Part shown: positions 11,203-21,860 of the stretch, one piece after another
Layout of the letters: each line of letters begins with the position of its first letter
Numbering within the stretch: position 1 is the stretch's first letter
IMG/VR virus record: IMGVR_UViG_3300050194_000011
Span: 44,113 to 108,112 of that record
Length of the DNA stretch: 64,000 nt
Strand: one strand, 5' to 3'
Origin: a virus
The notes under the pieces: model-generated
Seen by the model: the letters and a program-made list of their open reading frames with translations, nothing else
Told to the model about the DNA's origin: nothing
The model's database searches: none
Translations under genes and position numbers: made by a program

Positions 11203-13160
11203 TGCATTCCTTGATCATGATTCTTAACTTTACGAAATCCTGCTTTTGCTTGATCTTCCATATCAGTTCCTTTCAAAACATCCATTGCAGCAAATTGATA
11301 TGATCTAGGAGTCTCTGTATCCATGATAGCTTTGAGGTGTGGATACTTCTGTTCTGCTGTCAGATTATCTGATTTCAAAGCATGTATATGCAATCTGTTA
11401 GCATTAGCAGAATCTAGATAACTGATTGCATTTTTATGAACATGAGGAGAATGTGTTATGAAATCTGCTATCTTTTTATCACCAACAAAATCACCAGCAG
11501 CTTTAATTGCTTTTATAGGAACTGCTGTGGATGTGCCATGCTCGTTGATGTGATCGACTGCTTTATGCAAGATATCACGATTTTTTACATTATGTAAAGC
11601 ATACTCAGCCAATCCAGGATAATTCTTCATTGCATCATCAGGAATAGACTTCAAAGCATGATATTGATATTTTCTACTCTTTGAATCAAAAAGACTGGAA
11701 ATTCTATCAGCATGCGATTGATCATAATTTGAATTAGTTGACATTTCGTTATGAAGAAATCCATCTGAAATCTTTCCACCGTGTTTATCAATCAAATGAT
11801 GTATTGTATCTGCATCTAACAAATGGGCAATGTCAATTAGATGATTTGGTTTTAGTTCAGGATCTCTAGCAAGCTTATTGATAAATTCATTAGACTCTTT
11901 GCCGGATCTTAGAGATAGATAGTCTTTAGCTCCAACTTTATTGAGGATTTTTGTAGCTTGTTCATCATTACCGGCTTTAATATCCAAAGAACTTCCTTCA
12001 TTTTTCAAAGCATGATCGATAGCATCTCCTGTATGTTCTGGATCAACCTTGAATTTAGATGCATGAGATAACATCTGAGATGCGAATTTTGAATCTTGGT
12101 ATTGATATTTTCCTGTTAACATATGATGTTTGTCAGCAGGAGATAATCCATGCATTGATGAGTTCATTACATCGTGATGCTTAGTAAGATTAGCTAGAGC
12201 CATTCTTTGATGATTCTTCGTTTCATCAGAATCATTTGAAGAATTAATAGAATTCAGAATGTGATATGAAACATGTTTAGGAGCATGTTCTATCAAATCA
12301 TTAGCAGATACATTCAATTCGCCATCAGTGAAGATAGATCTACCATCGTGATTTTTTGGATTTGTTAGATGTCTGAATTGATCTGGTATATGAGATGCAT
12401 TTTTATTGTACCAGACTCCGGTTTCTTCATAAACATCGCCATGCGGTTGATAATTTCCATCGTGTTTCATAGGAAAATGCTGTTCCGCCCATTCTTTCAC
12501 AGTAGAATGGAATTGATCGTTTCCTGTTCCGTATGTTGTTCCTTCTGGACGAAGAATTGTGTGATCGTGTTCATAGTTGACATGAGGTTTCAGATTTATA
12601 CGAGCGATCGGATTCTCAATATTTTTATCATCTTTATGAATCAGATATGCTGTATGAGTTCCATGTCGAAGATCCTGCTCTATATGTTGGGCATTACATC
12701 CATCATACATATGCATACATGATGTCCACCCTCTATCGGTAGACATACCGGCTACATGATATGGATCACGAGTTATAGCGACATGAAGATCTGATTGCTT
12801 TGTTTGTCTAGCAGGATCGTTATCAAACTTGTTCTTCAACTCTGGAGGAGCTTTTGATTTTGTTAAAGCTTTTCCGATCGAAACCATTCGACCATGTTTA
12901 TCTGTTGCATATCCTGCCCTGTATTCATGAAAAGAAGGAATATCAAATCCATTCGATCTAAGATGTTCGTGTACATCTGAAGGAATCTCTCCAACATGAT
13001 CCTCTTTTGATTTCAGGGGAAGATGAATCGTATCTTCCCCTTTCATCACATGGTCAGATAATGCTTTAGAAGCATCTGTACCGTGCATGTCCTTCCAGTA
13101 ATCAACAGCACTTGTTTGATGCTTATCTAACGCCTCTAATAGATATTTGTAATGTTTCAT
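11199..13160 (-). CDS. Putative capsid-internal (ejected) protein, His-rich, GWTSCM-motif domain plus helical C-terminus
   Basis: 653 aa; leader MKHYKYLLE| resembles T4 capsid-targeting sequence with an L-x-E gp21 site; late promoter directly upstream. Confidence 0.5.
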   Translation of the reverse strand: MKHYKYLLEALDKHQTSAVDYWKDMHGTDASKALSDHVMKGEDTIHLPLKSKEDHVGEIPSDVHEHLRSNGFDIPSFHEYRAGYATDKHGRMVSIGKALTKSKAPPELKNKFDNDPARQTKQSDLHVAITRDPYHVAGMSTDRGWTSCMHMYDGCNAQHIEQDLRHGTHTAYLIHKDDKNIENPIARINLKPHVNYEHDHTILRPEGTTYGTGNDQFHSTVKEWAEQHFPMKHDGNYQPHGDVYEETGVWYNKNASHIPDQFRHLTNPKNHDGRSIFTDGELNVSANDLIEHAPKHVSYHILNSINSSNDSDETKNHQRMALANLTKHHDVMNSSMHGLSPADKHHMLTGKYQYQDSKFASQMLSHASKFKVDPEHTGDAIDHALKNEGSSLDIKAGNDEQATKILNKVGAKDYLSLRSGKESNEFINKLARDPELKPNHLIDIAHLLDADTIHHLIDKHGGKISDGFLHNEMSTNSNYDQSHADRISSLFDSKSRKYQYHALKSIPDDAMKNYPGLAEYALHNVKNRDILHKAVDHINEHGTSTAVPIKAIKAAGDFVGDKKIADFITHSPHVHKNAISYLDSANANRLHIHALKSDNLTAEQKYPHLKAIMDTETPRSYQFAAMDVLKGTDMEDQAKAGFRKVKNHDQGMQ

Positions 13161-13181
13161 TTGCTTAATAAAAGTTTAATC

Positions 13182-13189
13182 TATTTATC
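13182..13189 (-). promoter_or_regulatory. Putative late promoter (GATAAATA)
   Basis: TAAATA core about 22 nt upstream of ATG 13160. Confidence 0.45.
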
Positions 13190-16100
13190 AAACAAGCCAT
13201 GCTGGTGGAAGTTCAACAACGAACGTATTAACATCAGCATTTGATCCCCAATCAGAAGCAAATGCAATACGAGTACCGGATGGACTGATATTTGCATGTG
13301 CCTCTGCAAAGATGAAATGTGAATTATTGTTGCCTAATGTATGCATATGAGCAACTCTTTGATATGTTCTTGTGTTCAGGTTGCACATGACAATTTCATT
13401 CTGCAATAGTCCTGCTTGGTTAATGTTTCCGACAATAGAAGCAGCAACCCATCCTTTACGATTGAATGCCAATCCACTGATATGAGTTGATGCTGATGGA
13501 TATCCATATCCATTAGATTCACCAAGAAGCGTATATATTTCTCCTGTATCAATGTATTCAACAATAACATTACCATTTCCTGTCACTGTGTTATCGTATT
13601 GTGCCGATACCCAAACATCTCTTCCGTCGGATAATTGCGTGAAACATCCATGCTCAGACCAATTTGATGCCAATGTTCTGACAACAGTGTTATCAGATGT
13701 TCTATAAGCAGTCGCGACTCCCGCTACAGATATGACATAATATGCTCCGCTAGGAGAGATGTCGGCAGCAACATCAGCTGTATATCTTGGGCTTTCGACT
13801 CCAGTTGTTACATTTCGAGTGAATGCTTTATTTGTTCCTTCATCAAAGAATCCAAAAATATTATTGTTCCATGAAGAATATTTTGGATCTCCACCAAAGC
13901 CAACATTTCCAGTAGAAGCTGGATGTGTAAACACTACATCTACTTGACTTGTCGAGATGTGCATTTTTCTCAATTGCTTTGTCGATCCAGATGCGTAATC
14001 GTAGAAAATAATATCAGGATCTGTAGCGGACCACATGAAATGCTCGATGTCAAGAATACCAGGAAGACTTAGCATTTTGATGTATGCGTATGTTTGCCCG
14101 TTCAACAAAGCAAATCCGCTTTGTGAACCACTTGTAACCCATACGATCATTTTAGATTCATCTGAGTTCCAAGTAGGAATCGTAGAATATACAGGTTTTG
14201 CCACTTGATCGCTATATTGTGATGATGCATCAGTTATTCTTCTGATAAAAGTACCAAACGCCGGATCGCTAAATCCAGCAAGCAGAGCTGGTTGTGGTAC
14301 AGATAGCATAGATTTAATGCTGTTATCTGTGATAGGAGCAGTCGGAGGAATAAGAGCCGTAACAGAAGAACTGATATCAATTGTGGAACCAGATGTATTA
14401 GCTGCTTCTACGCTGCATGTCACTTGTTGATTTACATCATTGCTTGTTAAAACATATGTGTTAGAAGTAGCACCGGAGATAGCAACGCCGGCTCTGTACC
14501 ATTGATATTTATACGACGAAGGAAAATTATACCATGTTCCATTTGATGCAGTTAATGTTTGTCCAGCTAACGCCAGTCCAGATATAACAGGCGAAGAATC
14601 TACAATGGGTTTTGGTAGATTCACGTTTGATCCAGATAGTGTGATTAGCAATTTTGGACGGAATCCATTCGTTCCCTCTTTAGATGTAAATTTTCTGCTA
14701 TCTCCAGTATATGATGTTGGCAATCCAGTTATATCAGATCTCTCGATCAACCATCCATAATTTACTTTCGATCCATTTATGAAATTTTGAACATCTGCGA
14801 TGAGATCGGATCCAGAAAATTCAATCCAAGATCCAGAAGTAGCAGGAGCAACTACGGATGCACTTGCTGTAGAGTCATGATCAGTCGATCCAATGCCACC
14901 AGGAGCCTGCCATGATTGCCCAAGAGCATATTCTAACCAAGATACTTCTCCTTCCTTCCATGGTTTCATCATAGAATATAAAGATAGTGTATTGTTGTTA
15001 GCTGATTCTTGATGTGCATACGAACAATACAATTGAAGTTTAGCACTCGTAACAGTCACTGGTCCAGATATGTTAGATATACCAGAAAATTTTATCAAAC
15101 CATTTGAAATGTTCGTTGTATCCCATTTTGAGACTGTTATATCTGTGGCAGATCCATAATTTGAAATCGCATCAGAATTCGAACGAGTTGATTGGGAATC
15201 AATCGAGCCGGTGTAAGATGATCCTGTATTTTCTCCGATTAAGAAATGATATTCAACAAGTCCTAGCGGCTGGACTATTGTTCCGACAGAACTAATAGAT
15301 GCGGTTCCGGCAGAATTGGTAACATTTACTTTAATAGCTAAAGACGTCCCCACATCTGCTGCTTGAGCGACATATGTTGGAGATGTTGCTCCTGAAATAT
15401 CAGCTCCATTTCTAGTCCATTGAATTCCAGATACGGCACCAAGATTGCTATATGTTCCTTGAACAAGAGTTAGTGTCTGTCCTTGTTGAACAGTTCCTGT
15501 GTATGATGGGAATGTGATAGCTGCCGGAATTTGTAGAGCAGTAACTGATAAAGTAGATGAATAGAAATCTACACCGCTTATAGCGGCCGCATTTGTAACA
15601 TTATCTCTCCATCTGACATTTGTTCCAACATCTGCTAGAGCGAGTGTGTACGTAGATCCAGTAGCCCCGGCGATATCTACACCATTTCTTTGCCAATTTC
15701 CAGATACGGTTAAAGGAAGAGTTCCTGTATATTTTCCAGATGTTCTGCTCAACGTATAACCTTGTTGCGCAGTGCCTGATATAGCAGATGATGTTAAAAG
15801 AAGTGGAGGAATTCCAGAAGAATCTAATTTAGAATTCAAAGCAGTTTGAAGTCCAGAAATAGTTGATATCGACTGTGTTCCAGTGTGATTCGCACGATCT
15901 AAAAGATATGCATCGGATGAATTATTAGTTCCGCCTACACTAGCGCTAAAATCAGCAGATGATAAAAGTATCAAAGAATACGTGATTGTATTTGTTCCAT
16001 CCGTCACTCTATATTTGATAGTTGGGAACGATCCAATATAAGATGCATCTGCAACAAATGTCCAAGTTCCATTCGCATTTAATGATAGACTACCGACGCC

Positions 16101-19079
16101 ATTAATCGTTACAGTAGATCCGGCCAAAAATGTAGCTGTTGATTTTGTTACATCTACTGGAATGATAGGAGACTTATCGATTAAGAACATGCCACCTGTT
16201 GATATATCACCATTTATAATTTGCGTTGAATTTGCAGAATTATAGATCACCCCATATAGTGTGAAATCTACTACAGATAAGGCAAGAGTAGATGATATTT
16301 GTTTTTCTTCTAGAATATTTCCAGATTTTGTGACTCCTCCAGGAACAAGAATAACATCTGGCGTAGGAGATCCATTCGATCCGCCTTGTTTAAGAGTCTG
16401 TACATCAGATGATATAGTTGTAATCGAATTTGTCAAGGAAGAAGGAAGCGTTGTATCTAGAATCTTTCCGTTAGCGTCAAGCCCAGCATATCCATTAGCA
16501 GCATTCTTATTTGATGAAGATTCTTTTGCATCCAAGCTTCCTTGCAGACCTGCAACCGTCGAAATAGCTTGTGTTCCGGTATGATTTGTTCTATTAAGAA
16601 GATAGAAATCTGTCGAGTTAGCTGTTGCTCCAGATGCAACAGAGTCCAGTTTTACTTTATCGATGTTTGACAACAATCCATTTGAAGTAGTTGTTGCTGT
16701 AGACGTTCCGGCTTTAGTATTCAATGCAGACTGAGTTGCAGTTGAAATAGGCTTGTTCGAGTCTGAAGTGTTATCAACGTTTCCTAATGCGACATCTGAT
16801 TTAGAAAGAGTGACAGCTCCTGTTTTTCCAGCTACTGATGTGACAGAGTCGCTTGTTTGAATTTTTTCCCAGGTCGTTCCGTTTGATACGATCCAATCTC
16901 CAATATTCCAACTAGAAATTCCATTTATTGTTGTGACTCCAGCAACAGATACTTTATAGTAAAATCCTTTATTACCGAGTGCTGCCGTTGGGATAGTAGG
17001 AGAATTTAGACTTGCATCCCATAAGCCTTGATAATTCAAAGAACCAACGATCGAAGCTGGAAGAGTTGATGTTAGGATCTTTCCGTTGGCGTCAAGCCCA
17101 GCATATCCATTAGCAGCATTCTTATTTGATGAAGATTCTTTTGCATCCAGAGCAGACTGTAATCCTGAAACAGTTGAAATAGCTTGTGTTCCGGTATGAT
17201 TTGCACGATTCAGTAAAGTAACATCGCTTGAGTTAGCTGTTGCTCCAGAAGCAACTGAATCTAATTTTGTTTTATCAACATTCGAAAGTAATCCATTCGA
17301 AGTAGTTGTTGCTACTTGATTATTTGCCTTGAGATCCAGAGCAACTTGATTTGCAGTTGAAATAGGCTTGTTCAAGTCTGAAGTGTTATCAACGTTAGCA
17401 AGGCCAACGTCTGCTTTAACGAGAGTGACTGCGCCTGTCTTTGAAGCAACTGATGTAACCGATCCTGCTGTAGTCAGAGCAGCCTGTAATCCTGTGATAT
17501 CGGAGATAGCAAGAGTAACAACTCCCGTTTTTCCAGCTACTGATGATACAACTCCACCAGTGGTCAGAGCAGCCTGTAGTCCTGTAATATCAGAGATAGC
17601 AAGAGTGATATCTCCTGTTTTTCCAGCTACCGATGTGACAGAGTCGCTTGTTTGAATTTTTATCCACTTGATTCCATCGGATACAATCCAATCTCCAGCA
17701 TTCCATTTAGAAATACCACTCACAGATGTTGTACCAGTCACTGATACGATATAGAAATTCCATTTATTCGATGCACTTGCTGTTGGAATAGATGGTATAT
17801 TTGTTGACGCATTCCAATTATTGACGAACACCAAAGCATTGGAAAGAAGAGTTGGGAGATTGGAGTAAGAAACTTTACTTGAAGAATCAAGTCCAGCATA
17901 TCCATTAGCAGCATTCTTATTTGATGAAGATTCTTTCGCATCCAGAGCAACTTGAGTTGCAGTTGAAATAGGCTTATTCAAGTCTGAAGTGTTATCGACA
18001 TTAGCAAGGCCAACGTCTGCTTTAACGAGAGTGACTGCTCCTGTTTTTCCAGCTACTGATGTGACGTCTGAAACCGGATGAATTTTTTTCCATGTTGTTC
18101 CATTTGATACAACAAGATCTCCAACTTTCCAGTCAGTTACTCCTGATAATGTAGTCGATCCAGCAACCGATACTTCGTAGTAAAATCCTTTGTTTGATGA
18201 AGTTGATAAAGAAAGAACTGGAATGTTTGAATTGGCATCCCAAGTACCTTGATAATTCAAAGAGCCAATTATTGATGCTGGTAGTTCGGATGCTGGAATT
18301 TTAGATGTGTTATCTAGAGTAGCTAATCCGTTTGGAGCACCGATCAAACTAGCATCAATCTTAGTATTCAATGCAACCTGAGTTGCAGTCGAAATAGGCT
18401 TGTTCGAGTCTGACGTGTTATCAACATTCTGAAGTCCAACTTCACTTTTTATATGAGCATGTGCTGATGGATTAAATGTCGTCGGTTTATTCTGGATAGA
18501 ATTCCATGAAATGATGGATGCACCGGCTCCGCCTATAGATGAAATAACACCATTCACAATAGAAATTCCGTCGCCTACAACGAGCAGATCTTGTTTTGCA
18601 TTCAATGCAACTTGAGTTGCAGTTGAAATAGGCTTATTCAAGTCTGAAGTGTTATCAACGTTTCCTAATCCAACTTGATTTTTTGTATGTGTGTGATTAC
18701 CAGCAGCGACTGTTCCAACTGTCGTTCCAACATTCAGAACAGCAGATGTACCAAGCGCTAGATATGTTGATAGATATTGAAAATCGATGGAAATCGTGCT
18801 ACCATTGATAGATACGCCGTTTGATGCATTCAGTAGATCTTGTTTGCTGTTGAGTCTGCTAACAAGATCTGATTGAGAATCGATGTTGCCTACCAAAGAT
18901 CCCCATGATGCAGCACCTGGCTGATTTACCTGACGGACTGATCCGTCAGGATACTTGATAAATAATCCGTCAGAAACAAAGGAAAAAGCTAGTTCTTTTT
19001 CTAAAAGATCAGATGGAAGAGGAGCATTTTTCGTTGTAGTAGATCTGATAGTGAAACGATATGGAATAGATGATGGCAT
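13188..19079 (-). CDS. Long multi-domain tail fibre / receptor-binding protein (fibre repeats, cadherin/Big-like, Ig-like, DNRLRE-like, TolB-like propeller)
   Basis: 1963 aa; five VGLxNVDNTSDxNKPISTATQ repeats, VTSVAGKTG repeats, Ig-like WxRNG.DI.GAT repeats, DNRLRE/CBM96-like segment (SAKLQLY...W.EGEVSW), propeller end AEAHANISPSGTRIAFASDW. Confidence 0.75.
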   Translation of the reverse strand: MPSSIPYRFTIRSTTTKNAPLPSDLLEKELAFSFVSDGLFIKYPDGSVRQVNQPGAASWGSLVGNIDSQSDLVSRLNSKQDLLNASNGVSINGSTISIDFQYLSTYLALGTSAVLNVGTTVGTVAAGNHTHTKNQVGLGNVDNTSDLNKPISTATQVALNAKQDLLVVGDGISIVNGVISSIGGAGASIISWNSIQNKPTTFNPSAHAHIKSEVGLQNVDNTSDSNKPISTATQVALNTKIDASLIGAPNGLATLDNTSKIPASELPASIIGSLNYQGTWDANSNIPVLSLSTSSNKGFYYEVSVAGSTTLSGVTDWKVGDLVVSNGTTWKKIHPVSDVTSVAGKTGAVTLVKADVGLANVDNTSDLNKPISTATQVALDAKESSSNKNAANGYAGLDSSSKVSYSNLPTLLSNALVFVNNWNASTNIPSIPTASASNKWNFYIVSVTGTTSVSGISKWNAGDWIVSDGIKWIKIQTSDSVTSVAGKTGDITLAISDITGLQAALTTGGVVSSVAGKTGVVTLAISDITGLQAALTTAGSVTSVASKTGAVTLVKADVGLANVDNTSDLNKPISTANQVALDLKANNQVATTTSNGLLSNVDKTKLDSVASGATANSSDVTLLNRANHTGTQAISTVSGLQSALDAKESSSNKNAANGYAGLDANGKILTSTLPASIVGSLNYQGLWDASLNSPTIPTAALGNKGFYYKVSVAGVTTINGISSWNIGDWIVSNGTTWEKIQTSDSVTSVAGKTGAVTLSKSDVALGNVDNTSDSNKPISTATQSALNTKAGTSTATTTSNGLLSNIDKVKLDSVASGATANSTDFYLLNRTNHTGTQAISTVAGLQGSLDAKESSSNKNAANGYAGLDANGKILDTTLPSSLTNSITTISSDVQTLKQGGSNGSPTPDVILVPGGVTKSGNILEEKQISSTLALSVVDFTLYGVIYNSANSTQIINGDISTGGMFLIDKSPIIPVDVTKSTATFLAGSTVTINGVGSLSLNANGTWTFVADASYIGSFPTIKYRVTDGTNTITYSLILLSSADFSASVGGTNNSSDAYLLDRANHTGTQSISTISGLQTALNSKLDSSGIPPLLLTSSAISGTAQQGYTLSRTSGKYTGTLPLTVSGNWQRNGVDIAGATGSTYTLALADVGTNVRWRDNVTNAAAISGVDFYSSTLSVTALQIPAAITFPSYTGTVQQGQTLTLVQGTYSNLGAVSGIQWTRNGADISGATSPTYVAQAADVGTSLAIKVNVTNSAGTASISSVGTIVQPLGLVEYHFLIGENTGSSYTGSIDSQSTRSNSDAISNYGSATDITVSKWDTTNISNGLIKFSGISNISGPVTVTSAKLQLYCSYAHQESANNNTLSLYSMMKPWKEGEVSWLEYALGQSWQAPGGIGSTDHDSTASASVVAPATSGSWIEFSGSDLIADVQNFINGSKVNYGWLIERSDITGLPTSYTGDSRKFTSKEGTNGFRPKLLITLSGSNVNLPKPIVDSSPVISGLALAGQTLTASNGTWYNFPSSYKYQWYRAGVAISGATSNTYVLTSNDVNQQVTCSVEAANTSGSTIDISSSVTALIPPTAPITDNSIKSMLSVPQPALLAGFSDPAFGTFIRRITDASSQYSDQVAKPVYSTIPTWNSDESKMIVWVTSGSQSGFALLNGQTYAYIKMLSLPGILDIEHFMWSATDPDIIFYDYASGSTKQLRKMHISTSQVDVVFTHPASTGNVGFGGDPKYSSWNNNIFGFFDEGTNKAFTRNVTTGVESPRYTADVAADISPSGAYYVISVAGVATAYRTSDNTVVRTLASNWSEHGCFTQLSDGRDVWVSAQYDNTVTGNGNVIVEYIDTGEIYTLLGESNGYGYPSASTHISGLAFNRKGWVAASIVGNINQAGLLQNEIVMCNLNTRTYQRVAHMHTLGNNNSHFIFAEAHANISPSGTRIAFASDWGSNADVNTFVVELPPAWLV
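16486..17935. repeat. Intragenic direct repeats in the long fibre gene
   Basis: Identical 40-nt gcatatccattagcagcattcttatttgatgaagattctt at 16486, 17101 and 17896, inside longer duplicated modules (spacings 615 and 795 nt). Confidence 0.9.
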
Positions 19080-19099
19080 CTTATGTTATTCTTTCTTTT

Positions 19100-21328
19100 T
19101 TATAGTTCTGCAGATGCAAACCAATAAACTGAATATGCGGCTGCTTGAGTTGCATTTGCTATTTTTCCTAGGTCAAATCCCTCACTCGGGATAGAAGTTC
19201 CAGTAATTACAACAGAACCAGATGGGAATCCTGTATTGGAAGCGTCACTTGTAGTGATATTTACAGATACAGATCTTTTAGGTACGCAGAATTTTACAGA
19301 ACCTCCGAAAAGAACGCCTGATGTGGCATATCCTCTCCAGACATACTGTCCATACTCGTAGTATCTTTCATTTCGTAATATATTTGCCGAGATTCCGATA
19401 TATTCAAACGGCGACACATTGTATCCAGGTTCTAACTGAACGCCAGTTATTTGAAATACATTATTTGCTGTTAACATAAATGCATTGGATGAATCAGTTG
19501 ATGAAAGATAGTTGTTTGTTCTCCATGTATTTGATGGAATCTGAAGAAGAGAACCTGCTCCTAGAGAGAACGTTAATCTAAGACCGATTGTTGTTGAGCT
19601 ATAAATCCAAGAACCGATTTGAGATCCAGGAATTGATAACTTTACTTGCTGCCAAGTATTCGCTGATGTTATGTCATATGTCGTAACATATGACATATTA
19701 TTTGCTCCTCGTAGAATGACAGAATATCGACCAGCAACTGAGGATTGTACCCAGAATGATAAAGCAACATTCACAGCAGAAGAAGAGCCGAATAAGAAGT
19801 CTTGTAGATCAAGTCCTTCGATCCTCTGCTCTAACACATAATAATCAGTCGATCCTATGCTAGATGATGCAGTTGATACGATTGCTTTGAGGCTACTCGT
19901 AAAACCAGGAGCACTCGATAAATTGGATTGTCTCGAGACAGTAAGAGCGCCAGATCCAACAGTGTCGACAACCCATCCATCCAGAGAATACTTTGCTATC
20001 CCAGTTGCAGATACTGTATTAGGCGCAAAAACTCTTGACATGATATTCATATCACCGTTTCTTATTCTATTTCTGAAAGGAAATCTATTATCTGTCATAG
20101 AAACCCAAGAATCGGCTGTATATGCTTCTAAATGTAGATTTTCTGTATTGTGTCTGATAGTACCGACAGAAGGAGTTACTGGTCTCTGCGCAATCGAACC
20201 AGATGGGACGCGTATACCATCATTTCCAGAAATGTCAAGCGATAAATTTGGAGATGTATTGATTCCAATGCGACCATAACCGTCTACAACAGAAAATCCT
20301 GCTTGGGTAGACAGTAGTATGTTTGAGCCAAAATTATTGGCCCTGAGTACCAAATCGCCAATCCTAGACCCATTGCCTATTTGATTAGCCAATCCAGGAA
20401 CACCAACTGATGCATAAGCTATGTTATTGATCTCAAACGATGTGTAAGAATTTGTTGTCGGGCTTGTCGTTCTCAATGTTAAGACAGAGTCAAAGTTGAG
20501 AGGAGATTTGACATCAAGAGTTGTAGACGGAACAACACCAAGACCAAGTCTTCCTGTTGTCGGATCCAGGCGCATCTTCTCGATACCGGCTGTATTTCTC
20601 CAAACGTGAACAGGCATATCATAATAAGCTGATTGAATAGCAGCACTGGCTATCAATTGATAATAAGGCGATCCGTTGTTATCGCTTACAATGCTACTAA
20701 CAGTTGAATTTGATGTTCCTGTATTGATATCTATTTTCGATCGAGTAGAAGCTCCGATGTTAAGATTTGATATCTTAAGCGTGGTGTCAGAATTTTGATT
20801 TTTTCTGATCTCGAGGTTAGCTGTTGGATTTAATGCATCTGACCCAATTCCGAAATTTCCGTTCCCAGCCAATGTAACGTAATCTACTGGATTTATTGAT
20901 CCAGATGGCGTAGTTGATAGAGTCAACTTAGTAGCAGCAGATGTGCCATTCGTCCAATTTGTTTCTGCCGATGCTGATATCTTGGCTTTAGCGGATGAGC
21001 TAACCTCGCTGCTTGATCCAAATTTCAGTGATCCTATCACATCATTGATGATAGGCAAGCTATTCTTTGTTAATAGGATAGCAGGGGTAGTTTGATTTAT
21101 TTGAAGTGTATCTATTGGATTCGATATCCCAATTCCAATAAATCCACTGCTTGGATTGACTTTTACAGAATAATTGTATAGATAGTTCGTTCTTTTAGTT
21201 AATGCAGTAGCCTGTGTATTCATAACACCGGATCCAGCTGTACCGCCTTTGGCGATTGCTGTTGTTGATAAAGATGGGATATCTACCCATTCTGGTGAAG
21301 GCTGTATGATACCGTCAAAATCTGACAT
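19100..21328 (-). CDS. Tail fibre protein with C-terminal carbohydrate-binding (jelly-roll-like) module
   Basis: 742 aa; RIGIGxxxP-type fibre repeats, GxTAQRP...G.IRHN motif, then FRNRIRNGDMNI..R...ITGVQLE.G..SPFE..RYYE tip typical of phage fibres. Confidence 0.7.
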   Translation of the reverse strand: MSDFDGIIQPSPEWVDIPSLSTTAIAKGGTAGSGVMNTQATALTKRTNYLYNYSVKVNPSSGFIGIGISNPIDTLQINQTTPAILLTKNSLPIINDVIGSLKFGSSSEVSSSAKAKISASAETNWTNGTSAATKLTLSTTPSGSINPVDYVTLAGNGNFGIGSDALNPTANLEIRKNQNSDTTLKISNLNIGASTRSKIDINTGTSNSTVSSIVSDNNGSPYYQLIASAAIQSAYYDMPVHVWRNTAGIEKMRLDPTTGRLGLGVVPSTTLDVKSPLNFDSVLTLRTTSPTTNSYTSFEINNIAYASVGVPGLANQIGNGSRIGDLVLRANNFGSNILLSTQAGFSVVDGYGRIGINTSPNLSLDISGNDGIRVPSGSIAQRPVTPSVGTIRHNTENLHLEAYTADSWVSMTDNRFPFRNRIRNGDMNIMSRVFAPNTVSATGIAKYSLDGWVVDTVGSGALTVSRQSNLSSAPGFTSSLKAIVSTASSSIGSTDYYVLEQRIEGLDLQDFLFGSSSAVNVALSFWVQSSVAGRYSVILRGANNMSYVTTYDITSANTWQQVKLSIPGSQIGSWIYSSTTIGLRLTFSLGAGSLLQIPSNTWRTNNYLSSTDSSNAFMLTANNVFQITGVQLEPGYNVSPFEYIGISANILRNERYYEYGQYVWRGYATSGVLFGGSVKFCVPKRSVSVNITTSDASNTGFPSGSVVITGTSIPSEGFDLGKIANATQAAAYSVYWFASAEL

Positions 21329-21344
21329 TGATTAAACTCCGGAT

Positions 21345-21382
21345 AAAAAGAAAGGACCAAGTATTTAAACTGGTCCTTCTTT
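21345..21382 (-). terminator. Rho-independent terminator after the 68-aa gene
   Basis: Minus strand AAGGACCA-gtttaaatact-TGGTCCTT followed by TCTTTTT; the loop contains a TAAATA late-promoter core (21362-21367). Confidence 0.65.
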
Positions 21383-21398
21383 ATGAAGAAATTAAAAA

Positions 21399-21605
21399 TT
21401 AAGCAACGCGTATCATCAAGACAGAACCATTACGATAAACACCACCAACAACAACACCACCAGTGGCAGCAGCTGCATCGTTAGCATAGTTACCAATAGT
21501 TACACCATTGAAGAAAACAGTACCAGCTGAGTCAACCGATGTAGCAGCAGGCTGAGAAGCTGGGTTTTGAGTACCATGGAAGACGTTAGTATTTGTATTA
21601 GGCAT
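21399..21605 (-). CDS. Small putative virion (decoration-like) protein
   Basis: 68 aa, Gly/Ala/Val/Thr-rich, strong RBS (AAAGGAAAAAC), gp23-like codon choice (GCT/GGT/TTC/AAC), terminator downstream. Confidence 0.5.
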   Translation of the reverse strand: MPNTNTNVFHGTQNPASQPAATSVDSAGTVFFNGVTIGNYANDAAAATGGVVVGGVYRNGSVLMIRVA

Positions 21606-21614
21606 GTTTTTCCT

Positions 21615-21860
21615 TTATTTTGTTAATTGTTTTAGAATTTTATTCTTTTCTTCATTCCACTTACGACATTCTTGATACAACTTGAAAGTTTCTGCAGATT
21701 GATTAAGCAGATCCGTATCAAGAGAACTTTTTGCTATAGGTAGATTCGGACAAGAGTAAAAAACTTCTGATGGTATATTTAGGTTAGCCGAACTTCTTTC
21801 TGTATGAGTAGCACATGCAGATAGAAGAAAGATAAAGATTGATATGATTAGATTTTTCAT
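21615..21860 (-). CDS. o-spanin (Rz1-like outer-membrane lipoprotein)
   Basis: 81 aa; MKNLIISIFIFLLSA|C lipobox, Pro/Cys periplasmic part (CPNLP...YQECR), downstream of an i-spanin-like gene. Confidence 0.75.
   Translation of the reverse strand: MKNLIISIFIFLLSACATHTERSSANLNIPSEVFYSCPNLPIAKSSLDTDLLNQSAETFKLYQECRKWNEEKNKILKQLTK

Noticed and set aside
13188-21328. Invertase-type tail-fibre switching
   Set aside because: No recombinase and no oppositely oriented fibre cassettes; the repeats found are direct and intragenic.
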